Shown piece after piece: positions 1 through 12,334 of a DNA stretch of 64,000 nt. How positions within the stretch are numbered: position 1 is the stretch's first letter; every line of letters begins with the position of its first letter. The stretch is from Octopus sinensis (lineage: Eukaryota). The notes beneath the pieces were generated by a model. The model saw only the letters and a list, made by a program, of their open reading frames with translations. It searched no databases and had not been told where the DNA came from. The position numbers and the translations under genes are program-made. The stretch covers positions 20,832,001 to 20,896,000 of the forward strand of contig NC_043009.1 in the NCBI RefSeq assembly GCF_006345805.1, in the 5' to 3' direction.

Positions 1-66
1 AAAATACCAGTTATGTACTGGAGTCAATACATCCCACTACATTTTTATCTTGTAGTGATGCTACTG

Positions 67-469
67 TGTAAGGTTCAGCGCGCATGCGCAGAATGGGACT
101 ACTTCCGGGTGGCCACCGGAAGTCTTCCCCATGCGCATGTGCGGGAAACTGACCCCTAAGGAACACTAAACTCGATCACTCTCTCTGGCCATTTCAGCCC
201 TCGTGAACAGACGTGCATTTGGTAGTCTCTGATAACTATACCGACTTAGCCGCGGACGACATCGAATCCCTTCAACCAACCAACAAGAAGCTGTACAACA
301 GATTCGGCTGCCGTTTTCCCTTCAGAAATACGTACACCATCACGAATAATAAACAACACTACTGTCTTTCCCAGATAACCTGACTTCGTCTGTTATATTT
401 AACTAAATTGAATGTGACGGGATCGGATCGGATACCCTTTCAGTGATACCGATTCCAGATCCTGTTACA
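67..469. mobile_element. Possible solo LTR (~400 bp)
   Basis: Starts TGTAA (67) and ends TTACA (469). Internal AATAAA near 347-353; CpG-rich relative to flanks. No TSD found. Confidence 0.4.
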
Positions 470-616
470 ATCTCATCTTCCTATGTCAGAAATCAGAATG
501 AGCCATTTTAAGTCTTTTCACAATTTGTAGAAAATATTTTTAGAAAATTCTGGTGACTTGTGAAAAACTGATGAAACTAAACAAGATGACATTGTAATAA
601 TTTGGTCACTAAATGC

Positions 617-835
617 GGAGGTGTGTGGCTTAGTGGTTAGGGCGTTGGATTAAGGATCGTAAGATAGTGGTTTCGATTCCTGGACCGGGCAATGTGTCAT
701 GTTATTGAGCAAAACTCTTCATTTTATGTTGCTCTTTTCCACACAACTGGCAAAAATGAGTGATCTTGGAACAGACTGACATCCTGTCCAATGGGGCAAT
801 ACATGCGTCTTGGAAACCAACCCAATGAGTCTAGG
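617..835 (+). mobile_element. Degenerate tRNA-derived SINE
   Basis: A-box-like TGGCTTAGTGG and B-box-like GTTTCGATTCC, followed by non-tRNA SINE-type body. Confidence 0.5.
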
Positions 836-845
836 AAGTTTATTC

Positions 846-1229
846 TTTAATTTGTTTCAGTCATTTGACGGCAGCCATGCTGGAGCACCACCTTTTAGTT
901 GAACACATCAACCCCAGGACTTATTCTTTGTAAGCCTAGTACTTATTCTATTGGTCTCTTTTGCCAAGCTGCTAAGTTACAGGGATGTAAACGCATCAAC
1001 ATTGGTTGTCGAGCGATGTTGGGGGTACAAACATAGACACACAAAAGCACACACACACATATACGATGGGCTTCTTTCAGTTTCCATCTACCAAATCCAC
1101 TCATAAGGTTTTGGTTGGCCCCTGGCTATAGTAGAAGACACTTGCCCAAGGTGCCATGCAGTGGGACTGAACCTGGAATCATGTGGTTGGTAAGCAAGCT
1201 AGTTATCCCACAGCTACTCCTGCACCTAT
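846..1229 (-). mobile_element. Full-length tRNA-derived SINE, family 1
   Basis: Reverse complement aligns along its length with copies at 32968-33380 and 40515-40873 (head, central CA/TA tract, 3' CCAGCATGGC..ACTGAAAC). Confidence 0.8.
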
Positions 1230-1755
1230 ACGTTCACAGTTTGCTTACCCTTAAATAGATGCACATTGGCTCACACATTTGTTTTCTACAAGTGGTCACG
1301 TGATGGTTTCACCCTTCCAGCTTGACAGAGCTGTCCATTTCATCATGTGACAACTGGCTGAGCACAGGAAAATTTCTCCACCGTCAGCTTTAGAAGGAGA
1401 GATCTTCCCACTATTCTTTAGTGAGGTGCGTTTGCACAGTTGAGTTTGGATCTTGTTCATTCTGCAGGTAACCTTTGAGGCAGATGTCTTTTCCTGTCTT
1501 CCAGCAGAAGTCATGTCGTGTATTTGTTTTCCTGTTCTACACATCACCATGTACCAACGGCATGAGAAACCATTGTGTATGTCTTCTGACTCTATCATTC
1601 AAGATGGCTGTGTGAATGCTCTTTAATGAGTTGGGTCAATCGTCGCATTTAATCCTGGTTTTTCTGTTCCTTCCTTTATCCACATGCACATGTATAATGG
1701 AACCCAAACCAGCTTAATTCATCAACTCAACTTCTCAACCATTAAAAGAGATCTT

Positions 1756-2086
1756 CATCATCATTATCGTTTAACGTCCGCTTTCCATGCTAGCATGGGT
1801 TGGACGGTTTTGACTGAGGGCTGGCGAACCAGATGGCTGCACAAGGCTTCAGTCTTGATCTGGCAGAGTTTCTACAGCTGGATGCCCTTCCTAACGCCAA
1901 CCACTCCATGAGTGTAGTGGGTGCTTTAACGTGCCACCGGCACAGGGCCAGTCAGGTGGTACTGGCAACGACCTCACTTGAATCTTTTAAACATGCCAGC
2001 GACACAGGTGTCAGTAAGGTGATGCTGGTAACGATCACACTCGAATGGTGTCTTTTACGTGCCACCAGCACAGAGGCCAGTTAGCC
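1756..2086 (-). mobile_element. RTE LINE 3' UTR fragment with (GAT)n tail
   Basis: Homologous to the 3' UTR that directly follows the RTE ORF at 47541-47800; CAT-repeat tail on + strand. Confidence 0.75.
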
Positions 2087-2104
2087 GCTCTACCTTACCT
2101 TTAA

Positions 2105-2303
2105 GGCTTCAGCTGGCAGAATCATTATGGTACTGGGCATAATGCTTAGTGGCATTTCGTCTGTTTTATGTTGTGAGTTCAAATTCTGCTGATGTCAACT
2201 TTTCCTTTCATCCTTATGGGGTCAATGAAAGAAGTGCCAGTTGAGCAATGGGATTGCTTACACCCACCTCCAATCTTGCTGGCCTTGTATCAAAATCTGA
2301 AAC
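2105..2303 (+). mobile_element. Degenerate SINE, family 2
   Basis: Shares AGCTGGCAGAAT head, GAGTTCAAATTC B-box and CCTTTCATCC core with 46398-46620. Confidence 0.5.
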
Positions 2304-2574
2304 TAATATCTTGGTCAGCAAATTTTTTGCTATTTCTCAAGACAGCGATAAATATATTTCAGTTATATTTTCTTGGATATGATTAATACTTGAATATGCA
2401 AGCGAGTCATGTTCTCTAGCCCGTTTAGGAAGGTTTACCTCCAAATATGAACTATTGACCTATGTCAGCATGAAAAGTGGACATAAAATGATGATGAGGA
2501 GGAGGAGGAGGGGGAGGGTTAACTTTACCTTTGGAAATAAAACATTAAGGACAGACATTTCCACAAGAATATTT

Positions 2575-2905
2575 TTCTTTACGGTAACCAAAGGTCTCTC
2601 TCTCTCCAAGTGAAGGGAAGATTGCATGATGTGTATGTAAGAATTGTGATGCTGCATGGTAATGAGACATGGGCCTTGAATGTGCAGGGCATGTGAAAGC
2701 TGGAGAGGAATGAAGCTGGTATGTTCTGCTGGATATGTGATGTCAGTGTGCATGTGTGACAGAGCATTGGTGTATTGAGGGAGAAGTTGGGCATAAGAGG
2801 AATTAGATGCAGGGTGCAAGAAAGGAGACTGTGCTGGTTTGGTCATGTGATGCAGATGGATGTAGACAGATGCATAAAGAAGTACCAATCACTTAAAGTG
2901 GAGGG
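2575..2905 (+). mobile_element. Decayed RTE ORF C-terminal fragment
   Basis: Encodes a broken LHGNETWALN..ERNEAGM..W motif matching the RTE at 47991-48371 (LLGSEIWAVTAEDMRRHERNGASMIRW). Confidence 0.65.
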
Positions 2906-4829
2906 AGACCCAGGGAGATGATTTGCTCTGGAAAAAAGCATTTCCCCCGTGAGTTTCACATCCCGACAGAGATCAATGAAATTGACATAGCTGATGTTCA
3001 AGGAGAATGGTTAATGTGGTGCCTGAGGGAAGAAGGTAATGAGAGTTGGAGGGGAGTTGTGTGGACCTAGGTGGAACTGGTGATAGACTGGCAAGATCTG
3101 AGGAACCACAGTTATTGCCATAGAAAAGATATGGAAATGAAATGTAATGGTGACTTTGTATCAGCCAGTCAAGTGATAGGTTCTGGATGCAATCTTGGTT
3201 GTATTTGTAAAGAAGTTCTGGACATAATACTCCAGTTTGTACATCTCAGGCAGCACTGTCCTACATGTTGCTCATACAAAAACTTTGTATAATTTTTGCT
3301 GTCAGGACTAATTCTTTCTTAGGAATCTAAGTTTAAATATATTTTATTAAACATATTTTGGAGTCTTATACAGATTTAAGAATCAGAAAAGCTCTGTTTC
3401 CATACCCCACTTTCAAGAATGCAAATTATTACATGAAACAGAACTCTTTTTTGATTAGTGTTTTTATGATGTTTGACTGGGAACTGGGTTGCAGTGAACT
3501 TCAAAATGAAGACTGGTGCTTTTGGGTAATAGTTGAATTTTGTCTGTTTCCCATAGGAACAGTTTTAGTGGTTACATATAGAATTCTAATAGGAATGTTG
3601 GGCAAAATGAAGATGGAAAAGAATTGGGATCTGGTTAACAGACTGAAATCTGCTAAACCATCCAAAGGCCAGGTAGTACCATTAAATTCTGTGATAAGCT
3701 TATCATAGTTGGAAGAGCATTAAAAAAAACAACTTGTAATTCACATGATAAAATATATTCTATGATTTACAACGACGATTTTAGACGAGATTTGCATTCA
3801 ACTTGCATGTTAGCAATCTCCTTTAAGTTCAGACTCATTACAGAGTTTTCATCTCACTGTTTATCCTCATCAGTCTTCTGCCTTGTGAAAAGACTTTTGT
3901 GAGATAAGCACAGATATGTGTTTAGGGTTTGGATACATGTGTGTTTAGGGTATAAATACAGGTGTGTTTAGCATTTGGACCCAGGTATGTTTCGAGTTTG
4001 TTTACAAGTCAATCCAAACATGTGTCTTGGAAAGAAATGTTAAAAAATTGTGAAGCATACAAGCATGAGATGAGGGTTGCAGCTAACGGGCCATTGTTTA
4101 GCACCAGGTCATCCCTGAACGAGTAGATTTTATGATCAAAACCATGATCATCCATGACCCTCCATGGTCATCCGTGATTATTCTATCCTTTTAAGGACAT
4201 CTAAGAACATATTATCAAACATATCCTGTTTCATTTGGAGATGGCAAAATACGACTGACTATCTTTGAGGGAGATTTGACTGCTGTATCTGGTATGTCAA
4301 GCTGCTACACAGAGGTTTTGTCATTGGCTCAAAGACATCAACATCCTATCATTGCTTACTTCTTTCTTTAGTTTTAAAAACATTGGTAGACTTTAGAAGC
4401 TGTATCAATGACACAGCAATGAGAGTAAGTCTTTAATGTAAAATACTGTTGCATATGAGAATAACATCAGCTTTAACCCTTTCATTATTTCTGACCAAAG
4501 TCACAGCCTTGTGGATGGGTTTATTGACAAATTCAGACATGTACAATATTCTTCAGTTGTCAAAACATTTCTCTGGATTATTGTCATGAAATATTGTTTA
4601 TGTGAATGTCACTATCACTGAAGTGACAGACAACGGGTGTAAAGCTGAGAGAATCAGAGAAATCAAGAAAATGAATGCTTCAGTTAAACACACACACACA
4701 TGCACAATGCTACACATCACACATATAAACTCAAATATGAGTCAATGAGATAGAACTTCTACATAGTCATTCAACCTGTAAGAAATTATAGCCAAAACAC
4801 CCTCAAAGCACAATCTACCATTCTAAAAA

Positions 4830-5470
4830 TATAGTCAAAATGGGAATAACTATCCAGCTTTAATCCCCTCTCATGTTTTCTTCTTCTGCAGATAACTTCC
4901 AAGTGGATCGCTGGCAACTTTATTACACAACTGTTATCTTCCGTTATACATCACATATCTAAATCAATACAATCTCAACTCTTTCCAAGATATAAAGCAA
5001 ATCATTCATGTCCAGTTTTTCTCTTGCTGCTCCATCATTTATGCACATTAACTTTATACATCCAGTGGAAAATACTCACCTCATTTCTTTCCAGTTTTCA
5101 TTCACACATCCTTCACATTCAAGACCCATGTTTCACAGCTTTGCTATTTGATAGTTCATACACAAGCATCATACAGCCTAAACTTCACAGAGAGAGAGAG
5201 AGAGAGAGAATCCCGATGCTGCTAGTACAAATAAAAGTTCCCTAAGTATTCTCTGCCCTGTCCTTACAATGGTCATTACCTCTTAGTTACGGTTGCTGGG
5301 AAAGAGAAGTTGTCACCCATGTTTATGGAGATTTCAAAGAATTTACATCATGGATACTTTTACAGCATCTGTCTATTACATAACGAACTCCTCCTTCTTT
5401 GATGGCTTGCTTGTGATCACACTGCATCTGTTATGCATCCTTAGTTTACATTTAGTACACAGTAGAGCGT
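4830..5470 (-). mobile_element. Highly decayed RTE fragments
   Basis: Patchy similarity to the same RTE C-terminal region; many stops and indels. Confidence 0.4.
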
Positions 5471-5504
5471 TGCTCATTCTTTTTTGCTGCATGTGCCACG
5501 TAAA

Positions 5505-5682
5505 AAGCATGAAGTCCACTCTGCTGAGTGGTTGGTATTAGGAAGGGCATCCAGCTGTAAAAATCCTGCCAAAACAGTCACAGAAGTCTGGTGCAAGTTT
5601 CAGCCTGGTTGGCTACTGTGGTACCATCCCACCCATGCTAGCATGGAAGACAGATGTTAAACGACAACGACGACGATGATTG
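5505..5682 (+). mobile_element. RTE 3' end fragment
   Basis: GAGTGGTTGG..AGGAAGGGCATCCAGCTGTA..CCCATGCTAGCATGGAA..GTTAAACGAC..GATGAT tail, as in other RTE 3' ends. Confidence 0.7.
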
Positions 5683-7365
5683 AGCTTAACCCCTCCTCCA
5701 CTAAAAACACAGAAATTGGCCAGGAACAGAAGGCCTTTGAATATAGTTCTGCTTGGTTGGAGTTGACACTGGGCTAAAGAGGAACAACAGCAATTGTTGT
5801 TATGATTCCCTGATTTGCTGGTCCAGTTAAAAATAGCAGCAAAATTTCTCTCAAGCAGACAGGAGTGTATCTGGGGCACATTGAGGAGTTTTTACAGAAT
5901 ATTTGACTTTGAGGAAAAAAATATTTTTTATAAATGTTGACTACCTTACAAAACTATATCAGCCAAGTAAATGATCTTCTGTAAATGCATTAAAAACATC
6001 ATAACATATTGAAAATACTATTTCAAAGAATTATCTCTGTTCGCTTAGAGCATGAAAAAGACATATTTAGACGGAGCGAAATAAGTAAGACAAGGTTAAT
6101 TTGCCACTTCACTTCTCCAGAATTACATTTGAAAACAGCCTCATGCACATTGATATTCATCCTTAGACATCAAAAAGATCATAAATGCAACAAAAATTTA
6201 AAACATCTAGGTCAAATGAAAGAGAATCATGGAAATATGGCACATGATATGAAATTAACGAAACTTGATTAAATCTAAAAACTCAGCAAAAATATCTTCT
6301 GTAGTTCTTCATAATCTGCTGGAGTGACTCTTTTCCACCATGGAACTAAAGAGAAGGAATTACTGAAATTATTCTGTACTTATTTTGCCCCATTTTAAGC
6401 ATCATTTCTTGAAAATTATCAAATTAGACATTTGTGTAGGAAAAATTTGGTTTGGAATCCAACAGAGAAAAAAAATTGAATGCTAAACACCAAAAATTAT
6501 CCAGATATTTTATTAGCAACCTCATTTACAATTGGGTCAAATTTGAGGAAAAATTTATTGAAAAAAAAGTACCTTTCACCCGGCTATGTTTCAAATTCTG
6601 CTAACTTCAACAACAAATATGCTGACCATTATTTACCCCTAAAGATGACGGAAGAATACAAAATAATTATGCATTACTTGGAATTTGAAATAGGTAGGGA
6701 GAAAAATAACAAGAAATCAGGAATTACACATTTTGCCCCCACCCCTACAATGTTGTTCATGGTGCACTGTATCACTATAAAAAAGATGGGATGGTCATAA
6801 ATGGAACAGCTTTGGACATAAGTTTATTCAAGTGGAGTTAACCTATAGTTTATCATCATCATCACCAGTAACAACAACTTTATTTGAAGTAAATTTTACA
6901 CAGCAACAACATATTTACATCTACATGTGGAATTCTCAAGTGTCAGACAATTGCATTTTGGGATTATTGAGACAAACAGAGGAGTATTTTTGAGCCAATC
7001 AAAAAATAGAGGCTCAATAAATTTGAATGTCACAAGAAGGAAACAATTTGGATTTCTTTAAAAAAAGCTCCAAGTATTTTTCCTGGTTATCATAACCATT
7101 TAGCCGAAGCTCAATGACCAATGGTAAAGGGAGATAAGCACCTAGTGGTTACCTTCATAGTAAGGCAGTTCCCCCTGCATATTTGGAAGAGGTCTTAGGC
7201 CAGCAGTGTTTGGTGTCTGAAGATATGCCGTAAGGCTAAAGCCCGCATGAGCAAGAAACCCAGGGTAACCCCATAAACTGGCCTCTCCCATTTTAATATT
7301 AACTGCTCTACATCTTAGAGTGTGCTTCTTCTCTGGATTTATGTATTTCTACATGAATTGTTGAA

Positions 7366-7520
7366 ATTTATAGAAAAACAAAATACGAAGAGAAGTGTAT
7401 GAACAAAAAACAAGCGTATTAGTTTGATGCTTGGGAAATTGAAAAAGTCTTTTACGTTTCAAGCCTACGTTCTTCAACAGAAAGGAATAAGAGAAAATAA
7501 ACAGAGAGAGAAAAAAAAAC
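7366..7520 (-). mobile_element. Penelope-like terminal remnant containing a hammerhead-like motif
   Basis: Minus strand reads CTTT-CTGTTGA-AGAACGTAGGCTT-GAAA-CGTA-AAAG (7484-7449), the layout of minimal PLE type I hammerheads. Confidence 0.45.
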
Positions 7521-8525
7521 TTGTAGACTTAGCGGTCAAGCATGGCAAATGATTAGGAAAAGGGACGGTCGTTTTTGTTTTTTTTGTCAAATAAACACAT
7601 GCACTATATATTCATTTTTCACTCGTTTATTACTGTTTTTATTGTAACTCATGTCCATTGTCTCGACAATAGGAAGGGGGATCCCCCTTCTCCATCCTCC
7701 CTCCCTCCCTCTATCTATCTATCTATCAAAACAAACACATCTCTCTTTTGTAATGCAGACACTTTCACTTTAATACTGAAACTATTAAAGTGAAAGTATT
7801 ATATAACAGGGATGAACCATTAACAGTGGTCATCCATTTTGCTAGAAGAAGATCCACTATGGTCTTATATGCTACACCACTGGTTTTCAATTCATATTAA
7901 TCAAATAATATTCAATTTTTCACCCTTATTATGTGTGTGTGTGTGTGTGTATTAGCAATTCGTATAAAATTGCATCAATGACTTGAACTTGAATAAGTAG
8001 TTTCACATAAATGGAAATAAATTAAAAAGGTTTGTTGTTATTATTATTACTGTTTGACTATTGTAATCACGTTTGTTGATTCCTCATCAGGGAAACGTTG
8101 TTGTGTTGCATTTGTTAAATAATTGTAAACCGTAACCCTCCCCTTTTCGGAGAAGGGGCTATGGTTATTGTTTAAAAATTGAATCTTGTCCCTGTTTGGG
8201 GAAATTGACAATATTTTCACCGTCTTTACGGAAGCATTTTTGTTAAAATGCCTTCGATAGAAGAAAGTCCAAAAATGAACTTCGCTGCAGCTGTACACTT
8301 CTATACAAGAGGGAGGACAAGATCCAATTGATCGAAATTGCAAGAGACGGGCCTACAATTCCAGTCTGTTATATATTTTGAGTATTGTTATCACTAGTGA
8401 TATCAAGATATAACTTTGTAGTTTGTATTTTATGTGTAGATGTATATATATAGATGTACATGTAATATGTACATATATATATATACACATATATACATGC
8501 ATAATATATCTACCCATACACACAT

Positions 8526-8561
<36 letters not shown>

Positions 8562-8562
<1 letters not shown>

Positions 8563-8700
8563 TAGGGGCAGGTGTGGCTGTGTGGTAACAAACTACGTTC
8601 CAAACACATGGTCCTGGGTTCAGTCCCACTGTGTGGTGACTTGGCATGTGTCTTCTGCTGTCGCCTCAGACCAACAAAAGCCTTCTCAGTGGATTTTGTA
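8562..8700 (+). mobile_element. SINE family 1, 5' fragment between microsatellites
   Basis: TGGCTGTGTGG..GGTTCAGTCCCACTG..GAGTGGATTT-like head matching full copies. Confidence 0.65.
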
Positions 8701-8749
8701 CATATATACAGGCATACATACATATATATACATGCATACGTACATATTT

Positions 8750-11700
8750 GGCATAAACACTCTACCACTACAACTAATAACTGTTGGGAGCACTTTCAAA
8801 CCTGCCTTACATTCGAACCAGAATCTCAACGCCCGAGTTTTCCATCTGAAGTTAATCCCTCTCATGGAGCTCATACAAAAAGGGCAAGTCTTTGGGCCCA
8901 TACAATGTGACATGTACACAATCGAGTGGCAAAAAAGGGGCCTTCCACATGCTCATAACCTGCTTTGGCTCTCAGCGAAGATCAATTCCAATGACATCGA
9001 CAAGATAATCTCTGCAGAGCTTCCTGATCCAGCTTTAGACAAAGAACTGTACGAAATAGTTAAAGCAAACATGGTACATGGTCCATGTGGGCGTGGATTC
9101 AACATAAACACACCATGCTTGAGGGACAGCATATGTTCAAAAAGATTTCCAAGGAGGTTCCTACAAGAAACGCAGACAAGTGCTGATGGGTATCCATCAT
9201 ACAGACACAGAAAACCAGAAGACGGAGGTTTCACAGCAACTATCGGACAGCACGATATTGATAATAGATGGATTGTTCCATACTACCCACTCCTGTCAAA
9301 GACTTTCAATGCCCACATCAACGTTGAGTTTTGCAACTCCGTTAAATCCATCAAGTACATTTGCAAATATGTAAACAAGGGTTCTGACGCTGCAATGTTT
9401 GGACTTCAACAAGAATACTGCCAGGATGAGGTGACGCATTATCAGGTAGGACGGTACATAAGTAGCAATGGGGCTTTCTGGCGCATCTTTGGCTTTCCAA
9501 TTCACCAACGACACCCCACCATTCAACAGCTTGCAGTGCACCTGGAAAATAGTCAAAGAGTGTACTTCACCGATGCTAATGCTTCTCTGTTGGTAGAGGA
9601 ACCAAGGGATAGTACACTCACTGCATTCTTCAAGCTTTGTCAAGTGGATCCATTCGCTCAAACCTTGCTGTATCCACAGATTCCATCATACTACACTTGG
9701 AATGGGAAAAAATGGGCTCCACGGAAAGCAGGTCAAAATGTTCATGGATACCCTGGCATTAAGTTTCACACTTGCCTTGAGCGAGTATACACAGTGTATC
9801 CCACTCAACAAGAGTGCTTCTACCTTTGTCTACTACTGCATGAGGTCAGAAGGTCAACATCTTTCCAGGCCCTAAAAACCATTCATGGACATGTCTGCAC
9901 AACATACAGAGAAACCTGCTATCAACAAGGTCTGTTAGAAGATGGTGCACAATGGGATGCAACTTTAGGAGAGGCTGCTTTATCACAATCACCTAAAAGT
10001 CTCAGGGCACTATTTGCAGTATTAGTACAGGCATGCGAACTGTGTGATCCGGCCACTCTATGGCTCAAATATAGAGACAACCTGGCTGAAGACTTTCAGT
10101 GCCAAGCTCAACTGCTTTATCCTGACATGGAGGGAATCAGCAATGAAATCTATAACAAAACACTCATTGACATTGAAGACAGAATTGCTAAACTGGGTAG
10201 AAATGAATTGTCGACGTATGGCCTGCCACAAGCATTCAGGTCAGGGTCAAATAGCCTTCCCACTGCTGTCATTCGTGAAACAACCTACGACACTCAAGTG
10301 CTTTCAAAGTACATTGTTGAAAATGAGCCTAAATTACTTCCGGACCAGCTGCAGGCCTACAGAACTATTCTTAACAGTGTACGCCAACACGAGGGACGAA
10401 TCTTCTTCCTCGATGCTCCTGGAGGGACAGGAAAAACATTTTTTACAAAGCTTCTCCTTGCAGAAGTTAGGCAGCATCAGGACATTACAGTAGCTGTAGC
10501 CTCCTCTGGCATTGCAGCTACTTTGTTACCCGGTGGCAGGACAGCACACTCAACTTTTAAACTCCCTCTCAATTTAGCAGCATCCGAAATGCCTCCATGC
10601 AACATCAACAAAAGCTCAGATCAGGGACAAGTACTTAAAATGTGTCATCTAATTGTCTGGGACGAGTGCACTATGGCTCATAAGGGAGCTTTGGAAGCAT
10701 TAGATAGAGCCCTGAAAGACATCTGAGATTGTCAGGCTCCAGTGGGAGGTGTAACGCTTCTGTTGTCAGGTGATTTCTGGTAAACTCTTCCTGTCATTCC
10801 GAAAGGCACTAGAGCAGATGAAGTCCAAGCATGCCTAAAGTCCTCTACCCTGTGGCATCATGTTACAATCCTCAGTCTCACCACTAACATGAGAGCTCAG
10901 CTACACGGCGACAAAATGTCCACAAAGTTTGCGCAGGACATTTTGACACTTGGTGAAGGCAAGATGTCTCTCGATGCTGCAGGACAAATGGAAGTGTGGT
11001 CATTTTCCTCTGTTGTTAATTCTGTAGATGACCTCAAAAACAAAGTCTTTCTCAACTTCACACAAAACTACCAAAATCACAATTGGCTGTGTGAAAGAGC
11101 AATATTAGCTCCAAAAAACGTCGCTGTTAACAAAATTAATCAACAGCTAATGCATTCTCTTCCCAGCACTATACACACTTACAAGTCTGTTGATACAATT
11201 CCAGATATAAATGAAGTTGTGAACTATCCTCCTGAATTTCTCAATTCACTGGAGCCTCCTGGACTACCTCCACACATATTAGCACTTGAAGTTGGAACTC
11301 CTGTAATGCTACTCCGCAATCTGGAACCACCAAGACTTTGCAATGGAACATGACTGGTGATAAAGAAAATGATGTCACACGTTATCGAGGCGATCATTCT
11401 TTCTGGATGTGGAAAATGTGATGACGTCTTTATTCCAAGAATTCCTCTTACTCCATCAGGAGCAGAAATTCCATTTACATTCAGAAGACTGCAATTCCCC
11501 CTTTGTGTCAGCTTTGCCATGTCTATTAACAAATCTCAGGGTCAAACCCTCTCTGTAGCTGGTCTTCTCTTGGAAGAGCCCTGCTTCTCGCATGGGCAAC
11601 TGTATGTTGGCTGCTCAAGAGTAGGAACCAAAAGAAACCTTTTTGTATATGCTCCACAAGGAAAAACAAAGAACATTGTTTACAACAGCCAGGAGGTATA

Positions 11701-11760
11701 TACATGATCCCCTTTTTTTAAACAAACTTCATGTACTTTCGTGTATTTATATTAATATAC

Positions 11761-11792
<32 letters not shown>

Positions 11793-11865
11793 ATCCATAT
11801 ATATATAAAAGAAAAGTGTCATTCTTCAATTGAATGTAACGGGCAATGCCGGGTATCTCTGCTAG
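8750..11865 (+). mobile_element. 5'-truncated autonomous-type Helitron
   Basis: Rep and PIF1 helicase coding region plus a 3' terminus with a GC-rich hairpin-like segment (CGGGCAATGCCGGG) and CTAG at 11862-11865 followed by T. Confidence 0.95.
8790..11707 (+). pseudogene. Helitron Rep/helicase ORF with three in-frame stops
   Basis: HUH motif IEWQKRGLPHAH, YICKYVNK, Walker A DAPGGTGKTF, Walker B IVWDECTM, SINKSQGQTL, HGQLYVGCSRVG. Stops at 10724, 10781 and 11351 are all in one frame. Confidence 0.92.
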
Positions 11866-12297
11866 TATATATATATATATATATATATGCATGGGTATGC
11901 AGAAATTCCGGGATGGTGTCCGGCATGCTGAAAGACCACTGGGAGTGAAGCACCCCTCAGCTTTTGTTAAAGCATGTCTCTAGGAGAAGGTCACTCTGAT
12001 ATAAAACCAGATATGCAGGGAATGGCATTGGACATTTTGGGGATCTTTGGTTTGTGCTAGAGATCACGGCGCTCCCACATCCCTGAGCCTGTGACTCATA
12101 TTGGCACCAGACATCTTGCTCCGGCTTGTCTCTGGATAATGTCAATAAAGTGGAGAGGGTCTATGAGGTGTTGTGCAAGCCTTATTGGACCTAAAACTCT
12201 GCACAGGCATTGCCGACCTCTGCTCGATATGTGCATATTTTTTTCCTCTCTATATATTTATCTTATTTTCTTTTAGTATATATTTTCTTCATTTTTA

Positions 12298-12334
<37 letters not shown>

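Noticed and set aside
617-690. tRNA gene
   Set aside because: A and B boxes are present, but there is no complete cloverleaf and it continues into SINE-type sequence.
1300-1750. Possible ancient transposase remnant (minus strand, WRNFPVLSQL)
   Set aside because: Many stops and only one weak hAT-like motif; cannot be assigned without a search.
3826-3880. Second hammerhead-like motif (minus strand CTGATGAG..GAAA..GTC)
   Set aside because: Core and stem III are plausible, but stems I and II do not pair.
8423-8790. N-terminal ~120 aa of the 767-aa ORF as a novel Helitron fusion
   Set aside because: It is read-through across TA/CA microsatellites and a SINE head; Rep homology starts only near 8790.
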